Part shown: positions 10,441 to 19,181 of the stretch, piece by piece | Layout of the letters: every line of letters begins with the position of its first letter | Position numbering within the stretch: the first letter of the stretch is position 1 | Source: an uncultured Clostridia bacterium | GTDB taxonomy: Bacteria; Bacillota; Clostridia; HGM11327 | Direction: 5' to 3' | Assembly (NCBI GenBank): GCA_945918795.1 | Contig: CAMEIT010000003.1 | Span: forward strand, 1 to 61,442 | Length of the DNA stretch: 61,442 nt | Position numbers and translations under genes: made by a program | Notes under the pieces: model-generated | What the model was told of the DNA's origin: nothing | Seen by the model: only the letters and a program-made list of their open reading frames with translations | Database searches by the model: none

Positions 10441-10497
10441 GGGATTGCTTCAAAAGCTACCAATGCCGTAGGCGGCTGAAGGAGAGCGCGGTACAAT

Positions 10498-10670
10498 GTG
10501 GTCGTCGAGTCAGATTGCCATTTACGTTTCGTTTCCCTTAAGTTAAGTGTGCCGCTTATTAATATTTCACCGTAAAAAACTAAAAAAGAAACGTAAATTT
10601 AATGCTCATCTCCGAAGCCGTACTCTTGGCGAGGAGATGAGCAGATGCGAAGCAGTTTAAGTTTTCGGGC
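10498..10670. repeat. intergenic repeat unit 2 (long hairpin element, with extra inserted hairpin)
   Basis: Same 26-mer start. Arms atttacgtttc/gaaacgtaaat. Inserted hairpin ctcatctcc...ggagatgag (10605-10641). Ends with aagcagtttaagttttcg, similar to the end of unit 1. Confidence 0.65.
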
Positions 10671-10721
10671 CTGGGGACTTTTGAAAAAGTCCCCAGAAAA
10701 GAAAAAGCCAAAGGATACACA

Positions 10722-12338
10722 ATGATAACGATAAACAATGTAAAGATGCCGCTTGATAGCACGAAAAGCGACATAAAAGCAAAGGTTGCGGAGCTGTTAA
10801 GAGTGAAAGTAACCGATATAAAGATACTAAAGCGAGCCATTGACGCGCGGAAAAAGGACGAAATATGTTTTGTATACAACATTGAAGTCTCAATAAAGGG
10901 TGACGAGGCGGCGGTTGTAAAGAAATGCAACGACAAGAACGTATTCATTTCAAGGAAAGAAGCATACATACCGCCCATATGTGAAAAAGCGTCATCAAAA
11001 AGCAAGGTTATCATTGTCGGGAGCGGGCCTGCGGGTTTATTCTGTGCGTACATTTTAGCGAAAGCAGGCTTAGAGCCTCTGCTCATAGAGAGAGGCAAAA
11101 CGGTTGATGAGAGAAAGCTTGATGTAGAACTTTTCAGGAACAGCGGAATATTAAACACAGAGAGCAACATTCAGTTTGGTGAAGGCGGTGCGGGAACATT
11201 CTCGGACGGCAAATTAAACACAGGCATAAAAGATGTAAGGATAAGGTACGTTCTTGAAACATTTGCCGCCGCGGCAAACGGCACTGCCGACGACATACTG
11301 TACATGGCAAAGCCGCACATAGGCACAGACAGGCTCATAGGCATAATACGCAATATGCGTGAAGAAATAATACAAATGGGCGGCAGTGTGATGTTTGAGC
11401 ACAAGCTGTGCGGAATCATCACTTCAGGCTCTGCAATACGCGGTGCGGTTATCGAGCATAACGGAATCATAAGTGAGCTTGAGTGCGACAGCCTTGTTCT
11501 TGCAATAGGCCACAGCGCAAGAGATACCGTAAAAATGCTGTATGAAAGCAACATTTCAATGGAGCAAAAGCCATACGCAATGGGCGTGCGCATTGAGCAT
11601 AGCCGAAAAGCAATAGATAAAAGCCAATACGGAAAGTTTGCAGGTCACGATAAGCTTTCGGCGGCGGATTATAAGATTTCATGCACACCTGACGGCAAAA
11701 GAGGCGTATACAGCTTTTGTATGTGCCCGGGAGGCGTTGTTGTTCCGGCAGCGTCGGAAGAGGGTATGCTTGCGGTAAACGGCATGAGCGAGTTTGCGCG
11801 TGACGCCGAAAATTCAAACGCGGCACTTCTCGTAGGCGTTGCGCCGTCGGATCTTGACAGTAACGATCCACTTGCAGGAATAGAGCTGCAAAGAAAGACA
11901 GAGCGTCTTGCATATCAGTTGGGTGGTGCGAACTACAAAGCGCCCGTACAGCTCGCAGGCGATCTGATAACGGGAAGAGCTTCGCATGAAATAGGAAGCA
12001 TTATGCCGTCATATAAGCCGGGCTACACGCCGACGGATTTGAGAGAATGTCTGCCTGCATTCATAATCGAATCCATACGCGCCTCGCTTTCAATATTCGG
12101 CAAAATGATAGACGGGTACGACACATACGATGCAGTCCTGACAGGCGTCGAATCAAGAAGCTCCTCTCCCGTGAGAATCAAGCGCGACAGCATAACATAC
12201 GAGAGCAGTATCAAGGGAATATATCCATGCGGCGAGGGCGCAGGATACGCAGGCGGAATAGTGTCCGCGGCGGTTGACGGAATAAAATGCGCCGAAAAAA
12301 TAATCGAAAAGATAAATAACGGTAAAATTGCAACATGA
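10722..12338 (+). CDS. NAD(P)/FAD-dependent oxidoreductase (COG2509-type uncharacterised FAD-dependent dehydrogenase)
   Basis: 538 aa. Dinucleotide-binding motif VIIVGSGPAGLFCAYILAKAG, and a C-terminal GEGAGYAGGI motif typical of this family. Confidence 0.8.
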   Translation: MITINNVKMPLDSTKSDIKAKVAELLRVKVTDIKILKRAIDARKKDEICFVYNIEVSIKGDEAAVVKKCNDKNVFISRKEAYIPPICEKASSKSKVIIVGSGPAGLFCAYILAKAGLEPLLIERGKTVDERKLDVELFRNSGILNTESNIQFGEGGAGTFSDGKLNTGIKDVRIRYVLETFAAAANGTADDILYMAKPHIGTDRLIGIIRNMREEIIQMGGSVMFEHKLCGIITSGSAIRGAVIEHNGIISELECDSLVLAIGHSARDTVKMLYESNISMEQKPYAMGVRIEHSRKAIDKSQYGKFAGHDKLSAADYKISCTPDGKRGVYSFCMCPGGVVVPAASEEGMLAVNGMSEFARDAENSNAALLVGVAPSDLDSNDPLAGIELQRKTERLAYQLGGANYKAPVQLAGDLITGRASHEIGSIMPSYKPGYTPTDLRECLPAFIIESIRASLSIFGKMIDGYDTYDAVLTGVESRSSSPVRIKRDSITYESSIKGIYPCGEGAGYAGGIVSAAVDGIKCAEKIIEKINNGKIAT

Positions 12339-12435
12339 GGAATACGTTTTCGGTTTTGGTGAGAATATTATGTCTTTTGTTATGCGGGAATAAAACAAGA
12401 ATTAACAAAATATTGATATTATCCGCATATTCCGA

Positions 12436-12464
12436 TTGACAAAATCACTTAAATATGGTATACT
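12436..12464 (+). promoter_or_regulatory. sigma-A type promoter for the wzz/kinase/phosphatase operon
   Basis: TTGACA, exact 17-nt spacer, then TGgTATACT (extended -10). About 120 nt upstream of the ATG at 12586. Confidence 0.6.
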
Positions 12465-12585
12465 TTTCAGTACTGATATTAATGATAATTCTGCTGTCAA
12501 ACGTAAGGTCGATGCTTTTTGTTTGCAGTATTATTGTTTAAATAATTAATTTCTGTTGGCATAAATATATAAAAGGGGACAACCA

Positions 12586-13314
12586 ATGGACAGCGCAAAG
12601 GAACAAAATGACGAGATAGACCTGCTTGATATGTTCAAGCTGGTATGGTCAAAAAAAGTTGTAATAGCTATAATAGTAATTGCAAGCGGATTGGTAGGCT
12701 TGCTTTACAGTAAAATTTTTATCACCCCACATTATGAAGCATCTATTAACATGATAGTAAACAGCCGCAACGATTCCACTATCGGGAATATAAGCAGTGA
12801 TAATATCACATCGGCACAAAAGCTTGCTCAGACGTATGCCGTTATCATAACGGGCAACAAAATACTGTGTCAGGTTATTGACGAATTGAACCTTGATATG
12901 TCGTATGAAAAGCTCAAAGAAATGGTAACAGTCGAGTCAGTCAACAGCACTCAGGTAATGAATATTGTCGTTAACGATACCGACCCCGAGCGTGCAAAGC
13001 AAATTGTTGAGAAAATCGGAGATATAGCTCCGGAGATACTTGTCGATGCAATCGAAGGCGGTTCGTGCAAGATCGTAAGCGATGTTTATTCAACAGGCAA
13101 GCCCGTTTCTCCGAACTCAACGAAAAACGGACTCATCGTTGCATTGATTGCGCTTGTTATTTGTATCGCTGTGATAATTGTCCGCGATTTGCTTGACAAC
13201 ACGTTCAAAAGCGAGCTTGATATTCAGAATATCACAAGCCTGCCCGTATTGGGGGTACTTCCTTCCGTTGAAAGCTGCATGACTCAGCCCCAAGCCGCAA
13301 AAAGGAGGAGATAA
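12586..13314 (+). CDS. Wzz/CpsC-type polysaccharide chain-length determinant (BY-kinase transmembrane modulator)
   Basis: AAAAGGGGA RBS. N-terminal EIDLLDMFKLVWSKK followed by a TM helix, a periplasmic-type domain, then a second TM helix. Immediately followed by the kinase gene. Confidence 0.85.
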   Translation: MDSAKEQNDEIDLLDMFKLVWSKKVVIAIIVIASGLVGLLYSKIFITPHYEASINMIVNSRNDSTIGNISSDNITSAQKLAQTYAVIITGNKILCQVIDELNLDMSYEKLKEMVTVESVNSTQVMNIVVNDTDPERAKQIVEKIGDIAPEILVDAIEGGSCKIVSDVYSTGKPVSPNSTKNGLIVALIALVICIAVIIVRDLLDNTFKSELDIQNITSLPVLGVLPSVESCMTQPQAAKRRR

Positions 13315-13319
13315 AACGT

Positions 13320-14138
13320 ATGTCCGTATTCAATTTATTCAATAAGCGTAATAAAAAAATAACTTCCGAAGATACCATACTCTCCCCGACAGCACCTTTC
13401 GCATTTTCCGAAGCATATAAAATGCTTCGCACAAATATCAAGTTTGCAACAATGAATAAGCATAAAAAACTGCTTATTACAAGCTCTGTTCCAAACGAAG
13501 GAAAAAGTACGGTTGCAATAAACATAGCCATTTCTCTGGCGGAAACAGGCGCAAAAGTATTGGTTATCGACTGCGATATGCGTAATCCGAGCATACATAA
13601 ATACATTCGTGTACGTAATCTGCGCGGTGCGGGATTATCATCGGTGCTTGCGGGAAGTGCCGACGTAAACGACTGCATCATCACGTATAAAAGAGGCGAC
13701 GAAGCGATTTTTGATCTTCTCCCCGTCGGAAGCATACCTCCGAACCCGGCAGAGCTGCTCGGTTCCGCAACAATGAAAGACCTTCTTGATATGCTCAGCG
13801 AGCATTATGATTATATTATATGCGACACGCCGCCTGTTACTGTCGTATCCGATGCGGCTATTCTGAGCAGATACTGCGACGGTGTTCTGCTTGTTATAAA
13901 GCAGAAGTTTTCCACAAAACAGCAGGTTCAGGAAGCAAAGCAGAACCTCGAATCAGTCGGAGCCACCATTTTGGGAACTATACTTAATCAATATAATATT
14001 GCCGACGACAGAAAGAAAAACAGTGGACATTACGGTTACGGCAAGGACAAATACGGCTACGGATATGGTTACGGTTACGGTCAACAGCCCGATACCACAA
14101 TGCAACAATCCACAAGACGCGAACGGATAAAACAATGA
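13320..14138 (+). CDS. CpsD/CapB-family protein tyrosine kinase (BY-kinase catalytic subunit)
   Basis: Walker A SSVPNEGKST, Walker A' VLVIDCDMR, Walker B ICDTPP, and a C-terminal tyrosine cluster HYGYGKDKYGYGYGYGYG. Confidence 0.9.
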   Translation: MSVFNLFNKRNKKITSEDTILSPTAPFAFSEAYKMLRTNIKFATMNKHKKLLITSSVPNEGKSTVAINIAISLAETGAKVLVIDCDMRNPSIHKYIRVRNLRGAGLSSVLAGSADVNDCIITYKRGDEAIFDLLPVGSIPPNPAELLGSATMKDLLDMLSEHYDYIICDTPPVTVVSDAAILSRYCDGVLLVIKQKFSTKQQVQEAKQNLESVGATILGTILNQYNIADDRKKNSGHYGYGKDKYGYGYGYGYGQQPDTTMQQSTRRERIKQ

Positions 14139-14869
14139 TAGACATACACACACATATTCTTCCGGGAATAGATGACGGCGCAAGAAATGAGAATATTTCA
14201 ATAAAAATGCTGCACGCTGAGCTTAAAGCAGGCGTACAGCAAATTTTTCTTACTCCGCATTTTAATTGCGAGACAACCTCAATAGATGCGTTTATTGAAA
14301 ATAGGCAAAGCGCTTTTGAAAGACTTTCAGATGCTGTCGGCAGCGAGCCAATGCCCGAATTGCGCCTCGGTGCGGAAGTAAGGTATTCGCCGGCACTCCT
14401 AAATCTGCCGCTTGAGGAGATTGTCCTCAATAACAATTATTTGCTCCTCGAGCTTCCGTTTCATCATTATCCGGCACATATCAAACAGGTCATAATGGAT
14501 TTAGACGCAAGCGGCATAACACCCATACTTGCACACGTTGAAAGATACCGATTTTTCAGGGACGACCCCGAATTGCTTTACTCGCTGATTCAATCAGGTG
14601 CAATGGGACAGGTCAATGTATCGTCTCTTGAGGACAAAAAAGACAAGGGCTTTGCCAAAGCGTGCCTGAATAATTCTCTGGCTCATTTTGTTGCTTCCGA
14701 TACGCACAATATGACAGACAGAGCGCCGTGCATGGATATGGTGCCGCACATTTTATCGGAGAGCATGATTGAACTGCTTGAAAAATATTCCGACGCTTTA
14801 TGGGAAGACGAAACACCTTATTACTTTGATGCACACGAAATCAAAAAAACCATATTCGGTTATAAATAG
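14135..14869 (+). CDS. CpsB/CapC-type PHP-family protein-tyrosine phosphatase
   Basis: MIDIHTHILPGIDDGA N-terminus and later HVERY and ASDTH metal-binding motifs. ATGA overlap with the kinase gene. Confidence 0.9.
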   Translation: MIDIHTHILPGIDDGARNENISIKMLHAELKAGVQQIFLTPHFNCETTSIDAFIENRQSAFERLSDAVGSEPMPELRLGAEVRYSPALLNLPLEEIVLNNNYLLLELPFHHYPAHIKQVIMDLDASGITPILAHVERYRFFRDDPELLYSLIQSGAMGQVNVSSLEDKKDKGFAKACLNNSLAHFVASDTHNMTDRAPCMDMVPHILSESMIELLEKYSDALWEDETPYYFDAHEIKKTIFGYK

Positions 14870-14876
14870 CAAAATA

Positions 14877-14908
14877 AAACGCAGATTTTTTATAATCTGC
14901 GTTTTTTG
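14877..14908 (+). terminator. intrinsic terminator after the phosphatase gene
   Basis: acgcagatt-ttttat-aatctgcgt followed by TTTTTT. Confidence 0.75.
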
Positions 14909-15161
14909 TCAGGAAATGTCAACATGGTTATTTTGTCACCTTGTGACTTAAATGTGCTTGAAAATCATTACTCATTAATCCATGCTCAATATTACTTAAT
15001 TTTTCCCACTGTGCCATATGCCTGTATTTATACTGATTCCCCTTTAATATAGAATAATCTATCTTTAATTTTTCAGTCTTAAGCAAATATAAACCATGTT
15101 CATGTTAACCATAAAACGCTTATTATTACGTAACAACAATTAAGATGCACAATGCAATTTT

Positions 15162-15980
15162 TTATTTTGTTGATGTCCATTTCGTTAAATATTGTCTTGA
15201 AAACATTTCAAAACCTGCTGAAATTGCTACGTGCTTCGAAATTTCATTTGCAGGAGTTCCATATGATGCAAAATACCCATTTGCGTTCATATCATCAGCA
15301 TAAAAGCGCGCCAATTTCTTAGCGATGCCTTGTCCTCGCGCTCTTTCCGTAACATAAATAAATGCTACATCCCAATATTGCCCATCAAATGTATTGGCTA
15401 TCAAATATCCCAAAATATCTGTTTGATTATCAATATATCCATAAATCACGTAATTTTTGTCAAGCGCTTTTATGCATGTTTCATAAGCACTTCTTAAATT
15501 GTCATGAAATTCGATTATAGGCTCTTCAAATGAATATATCATCATTTCATCTTCAATTGTTAATTTTCTGATTTGTTTGTCGACTTGTTTGCTTTTTTCA
15601 TAATTAAACATTCCGTATTGTTCTTGCTTTTTAATGTCATGTTTTCCGAACAGTCTTATAAATTCCGGATTTTGAAAAAGTTTTTCTGAATCGGATGCGA
15701 ATAAAACTTCATTATATTTCTTTACAGTGCTTTCAATTTCTTCGTATATATACTGCAGATTATTAAAATCGGATATTTCAAAGTATACTTCGCACCCATT
15801 AAAACAATAAATAGAAACTATAATTATATCATTATCAACACAATAGCCATACATATCTGTTACGGCTAAATTGGGATTTCCTACATTGTGCAACACATTT
15901 AAATCATAAATATATTTTGTTTTGTTTCTTTGAGTCAATAGTACACTCAACTCACTTTTTGTTAATTTTTTAATCATCAA
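15162..15980 (-). CDS. GNAT-family N-acetyltransferase (two-lobed, N-terminal half degenerate)
   Basis: C-terminal half carries the acetyl-CoA motif ERARGQGIAKKLARF. The gene is very AT-rich and is the last gene on the minus-strand side of the EPS locus. Confidence 0.65.
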   Translation of the reverse strand: MMIKKLTKSELSVLLTQRNKTKYIYDLNVLHNVGNPNLAVTDMYGYCVDNDIIIVSIYCFNGCEVYFEISDFNNLQYIYEEIESTVKKYNEVLFASDSEKLFQNPEFIRLFGKHDIKKQEQYGMFNYEKSKQVDKQIRKLTIEDEMMIYSFEEPIIEFHDNLRSAYETCIKALDKNYVIYGYIDNQTDILGYLIANTFDGQYWDVAFIYVTERARGQGIAKKLARFYADDMNANGYFASYGTPANEISKHVAISAGFEMFSRQYLTKWTSTK

Positions 15981-16115
15981 TCGTGCCTCTTTCGTATAAT
16001 ATTTTACATATGGGACAAGGTTGTGTCATAACACTCTAAAATTTTCCCGGTTCAACTATAACGCAATATTCATTATTTTGTTCTATTCAAAATGATCCTC
16101 TCAAATACGCTCACC

Positions 16116-19064
16116 TTACCAGAACAATTCACAGTTCCACACATCAACAAGGCTGTCCTGAAATACGGATTTCAGTCTGTTATGTACGTCATTTTTTCCT
16201 ACGCCCTTTTTCAGGATAACCTGAAGAAAGCCTCCGCCGCCTGCTCCGCATACAAGTCTGCCGTCAATCAAATCATCTATACTGCCGAAAATCTGGTCAA
16301 TAAGTGTGTTTGTGCTTCCCTTGTCTACCTTTCTGCTCAGCTCCCAGTGGTAATCCATAAGCTTGGCAAATTCATCAACGTTTCCGCGTTCCAGCTCAAA
16401 ACGCATCAGAGCCGCCACCCTCTGAATTTCATTCAAAGCAAACAGGCTCTCCGGCTCATTGCCCACGTAACGTCCTATCACGTCGCGAAGAAGATTTCTT
16501 GCAAGGCGCCTTTGTCCCGTGTAAATAAGCGCAAAGCGTTCATTTAACTCCGTTTTTGTCTCTTCGCTAAGCTCTATATGGCTGACTTTGATTTTCTGCT
16601 CTACTCCGGGCTTTGATGTAATGAATTTCAGCCCGGGCACAACGCCTCCGACCTGGTCCTGCCAGCCGCCGCCTGTTGACATTATCTGTTCCATAGCCAG
16701 CACGTGACTGTATATGTCGTCCTCTGTATATGTGATACCCATAAACTCGAACACAGCCTTTACGCACGCCGCAGACAGTATGCTGCTTGTGCCGAGACCC
16801 GAGCCTTTCGGCACATTTGTCACTTCGCTGTGCATCACAAATCCGCCGCCCAAACGCGCAAGTATTTCGTCCAGGTTGTGTCCTTCTTTCGGTATAATGC
16901 CGCAGGCTATCAGACACGCCTTTTGAAGCGCAAATGAATCAAACGGGTCGCCCGTCATTTGCAGAGCTTCTATTGTATCAAATTCGCCGTGTACGTCCAT
17001 ATCCCTGCTGTCAAATACTATCTTATGCTCGGGAATCTTCTCCAACGTCACTTCAACAGGCTTATCACCGTTCAGAAGAATAGCCATATTCAGCACTGTG
17101 CCGCCGTGCTCGTTGCAGTACGGCGGAGTATCGCTCCAGCCGCCGCCCCAATTAACTCTCAAGGGCAGCTTTACAGTGTGTTTGTCATATACTATCCTTG
17201 CAGACTCATTATATTTCAGGCTCTTTACTGCCGATTCCATTACAACGGACTGTATTGTCTGAAAGCATTTTTGCGTCTCGCTCTCCGAACCCAAAACCGT
17301 TCCGATATAATAATGCAGACGCAATCTGTTGCCGAAATCTGCCGTACTCAGTCTTTTCTCAAGCCATTCCTTTTGAACCTTCGTAAGGCATTTCATAGGC
17401 TTCAACTGCTTTGCAGGCGTTTTATATCTTATCGCTTTTGCGACCTCGTCCATCTGTACCAGCTCGCGCATACGCTTGTCCCACGCAATTATCGCATCCG
17501 GATCTGCCGAATTGAAGCCCGAGCAAAGCGATTTCCTTGAAGATGCTTGCCATGCCTTCAATTTTGCTTCATCAGGCAAGTCATTTTTTACTATCATATC
17601 GTACAGGTCAAGTGCCGTAGCAATCGCATCCTTTACAGTATCCTTTTCCGGATACAATTCCGCACTCCACAGCGTATGAGCTTCATTTCCCCAAAGATTT
17701 ACATTCAGCTTTTCGCTTATGTCGTCAAGTGCTTTCCCAAACAGCTTGTTTTCCTTAGGATTATCCTCTACTCCGTAAATTCTTGCGACAAACTTGCCGT
17801 TTCTCTGTTTCAATCCGTGCAGAACAATATTATCCGGAATAGTTTCATCATGAATATCAACGTACGAAAGCACAGAATTCCTTCCCACGGTTGCCTTGCT
17901 GTGTACAAAAGACACCTCAAGATAGCAGTTTTCCCCAACAGATGCTCTGCTGCTCAAAACGCTGTTATATCCTGCGCACGTATCCTGAAGCATACTGCTC
18001 CCCACCTGTCGACTCCAGCCGAGGTCGCTGTATTCCTCAACGCCGCCGCTCATGAGCCTCAGTATTTCCGATGTTGTTCCGAAATGAATAAACTTTGCAG
18101 GCGCGAGGCGAAGCAGCTTCAGCCTGTACGGGCGAAGCACATCCCATACCTTTGTGCGCGCTTCAAGCAATTCTTTGCAAAGCTCGCCCTCTGGCTTTTC
18201 TTTATAGAACTGCTCCAACGTTGAATCCGTTGCCAATGGGTACAAAAAATCCCCGTACAATGACAAGCGCACTTTTTCATTTACGTAGCTTTCATATGCC
18301 TCTTCCGTCGGAATCAGACTATATAAAGAATCGAGCATCTCACGCGAGAATATTACAGCGCCTGTGTCAATATCAACACATTCGTTTTCGTTCACGGCAC
18401 CATATGACCTCAATGTTTCAACCGTCTGCTTATGCAAAAATTTCTTCACGCAGCCGTCCTCGCCGTTCAGGAAAACACCGTGATTCTTCCCTGTCTCCAC
18501 ATTCTCCTTAAACGAAACAGCCGCCGCGCCATTGCCGTTGTAATCAATCTGCAACGGATTAAACAATAAAAGCACGTCTCCCGAAAGAAGCAACATTCCC
18601 TCCCTGATTCTCGAAGGCACGGAGCTCATGCAAATCAGAAATTCGTCAAAGAGCGTCGATATTCTTCCGTTTGGCAACTCGTGCGGTACCGGGCTGAACA
18701 GTTTGCCCAATGCAGAATACTGCGGCACACGCTTGCTGTCGCCGCCCGAATGAATTACAAGTATTCTGAGATTATCAAAGCTTCCTTCCTGCTCATGCAA
18801 ATATTTGAGCACAGACAATGTAGCTCCGCCCGAGCCGACTCTTTTCCCGTCTTTATCGGGAATTACCGCAAATCTTGTCTTTGTGGGAAGATACCCCGAG
18901 CGCTCATCAATTTGTTTTCGGAAACACTCCGCCTGCTGTTCGTTGGACGCTGTCAACACAATATAGTCCCAGCGTGGGAAATCCTGTGATTTTATCGATC
19001 TTATGTAGTCGTCCCAGCAATCCTGATACGATTGAGATAAAAATATGGAAAATAGGTTTTTCAT
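16116..19064 (-). CDS. fkp: bifunctional L-fucokinase / L-fucose-1-phosphate guanylyltransferase (Fkp)
   Basis: 982 aa. N-terminal pyrophosphorylase motifs KRVGSGGATLSVL and HSGGDSKRVPQYSALGKLFSPVP. C-terminal GHMP kinase motifs NWGGGWSDTPPY, PKGSGLGTSSILSAA, STGGGWQDQVGG and CGAGGGGF. Collinear with my recollection of Bacteroides Fkp. Confidence 0.85.
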   Translation of the reverse strand: MKNLFSIFLSQSYQDCWDDYIRSIKSQDFPRWDYIVLTASNEQQAECFRKQIDERSGYLPTKTRFAVIPDKDGKRVGSGGATLSVLKYLHEQEGSFDNLRILVIHSGGDSKRVPQYSALGKLFSPVPHELPNGRISTLFDEFLICMSSVPSRIREGMLLLSGDVLLLFNPLQIDYNGNGAAAVSFKENVETGKNHGVFLNGEDGCVKKFLHKQTVETLRSYGAVNENECVDIDTGAVIFSREMLDSLYSLIPTEEAYESYVNEKVRLSLYGDFLYPLATDSTLEQFYKEKPEGELCKELLEARTKVWDVLRPYRLKLLRLAPAKFIHFGTTSEILRLMSGGVEEYSDLGWSRQVGSSMLQDTCAGYNSVLSSRASVGENCYLEVSFVHSKATVGRNSVLSYVDIHDETIPDNIVLHGLKQRNGKFVARIYGVEDNPKENKLFGKALDDISEKLNVNLWGNEAHTLWSAELYPEKDTVKDAIATALDLYDMIVKNDLPDEAKLKAWQASSRKSLCSGFNSADPDAIIAWDKRMRELVQMDEVAKAIRYKTPAKQLKPMKCLTKVQKEWLEKRLSTADFGNRLRLHYYIGTVLGSESETQKCFQTIQSVVMESAVKSLKYNESARIVYDKHTVKLPLRVNWGGGWSDTPPYCNEHGGTVLNMAILLNGDKPVEVTLEKIPEHKIVFDSRDMDVHGEFDTIEALQMTGDPFDSFALQKACLIACGIIPKEGHNLDEILARLGGGFVMHSEVTNVPKGSGLGTSSILSAACVKAVFEFMGITYTEDDIYSHVLAMEQIMSTGGGWQDQVGGVVPGLKFITSKPGVEQKIKVSHIELSEETKTELNERFALIYTGQRRLARNLLRDVIGRYVGNEPESLFALNEIQRVAALMRFELERGNVDEFAKLMDYHWELSRKVDKGSTNTLIDQIFGSIDDLIDGRLVCGAGGGGFLQVILKKGVGKNDVHNRLKSVFQDSLVDVWNCELFW

Positions 19065-19181
19065 AGCGTTTGTATATTTCCTTTCAAGCTCGAATGAGAG
19101 GTGAAAAAATCTTTATTTTGTTATATTGTATCATATTTTCAAGAATAATTCCACTGTTTTAATAATGAACAAAAAATATCT

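Noticed and set aside
10320-10670. Possible CRISPR repeats or a tRNA-like 3' end (…gattgcca) in the intergenic array
   Set aside because: Only two copies of the 26-mer occur, 178 bp apart, and the sequence between them is itself homologous. No cloverleaf can be drawn (no T-arm GGTTCGA-type motif and no acceptor pairing).
16092-18989. Multiple 60-225-aa plus-strand ORFs inside fkp, and similar antisense ORFs inside thiC (41952..42650), thiD (43206..43808), yloV (49147..49671), uxaB (53272..53892), gyrA (60027..60507) and at 10580..11170
   Set aside because: They lie antisense to, or overlap, long ORFs with unmistakable family motifs. They have low-complexity or biased composition and no RBS, so they are shadow ORFs.
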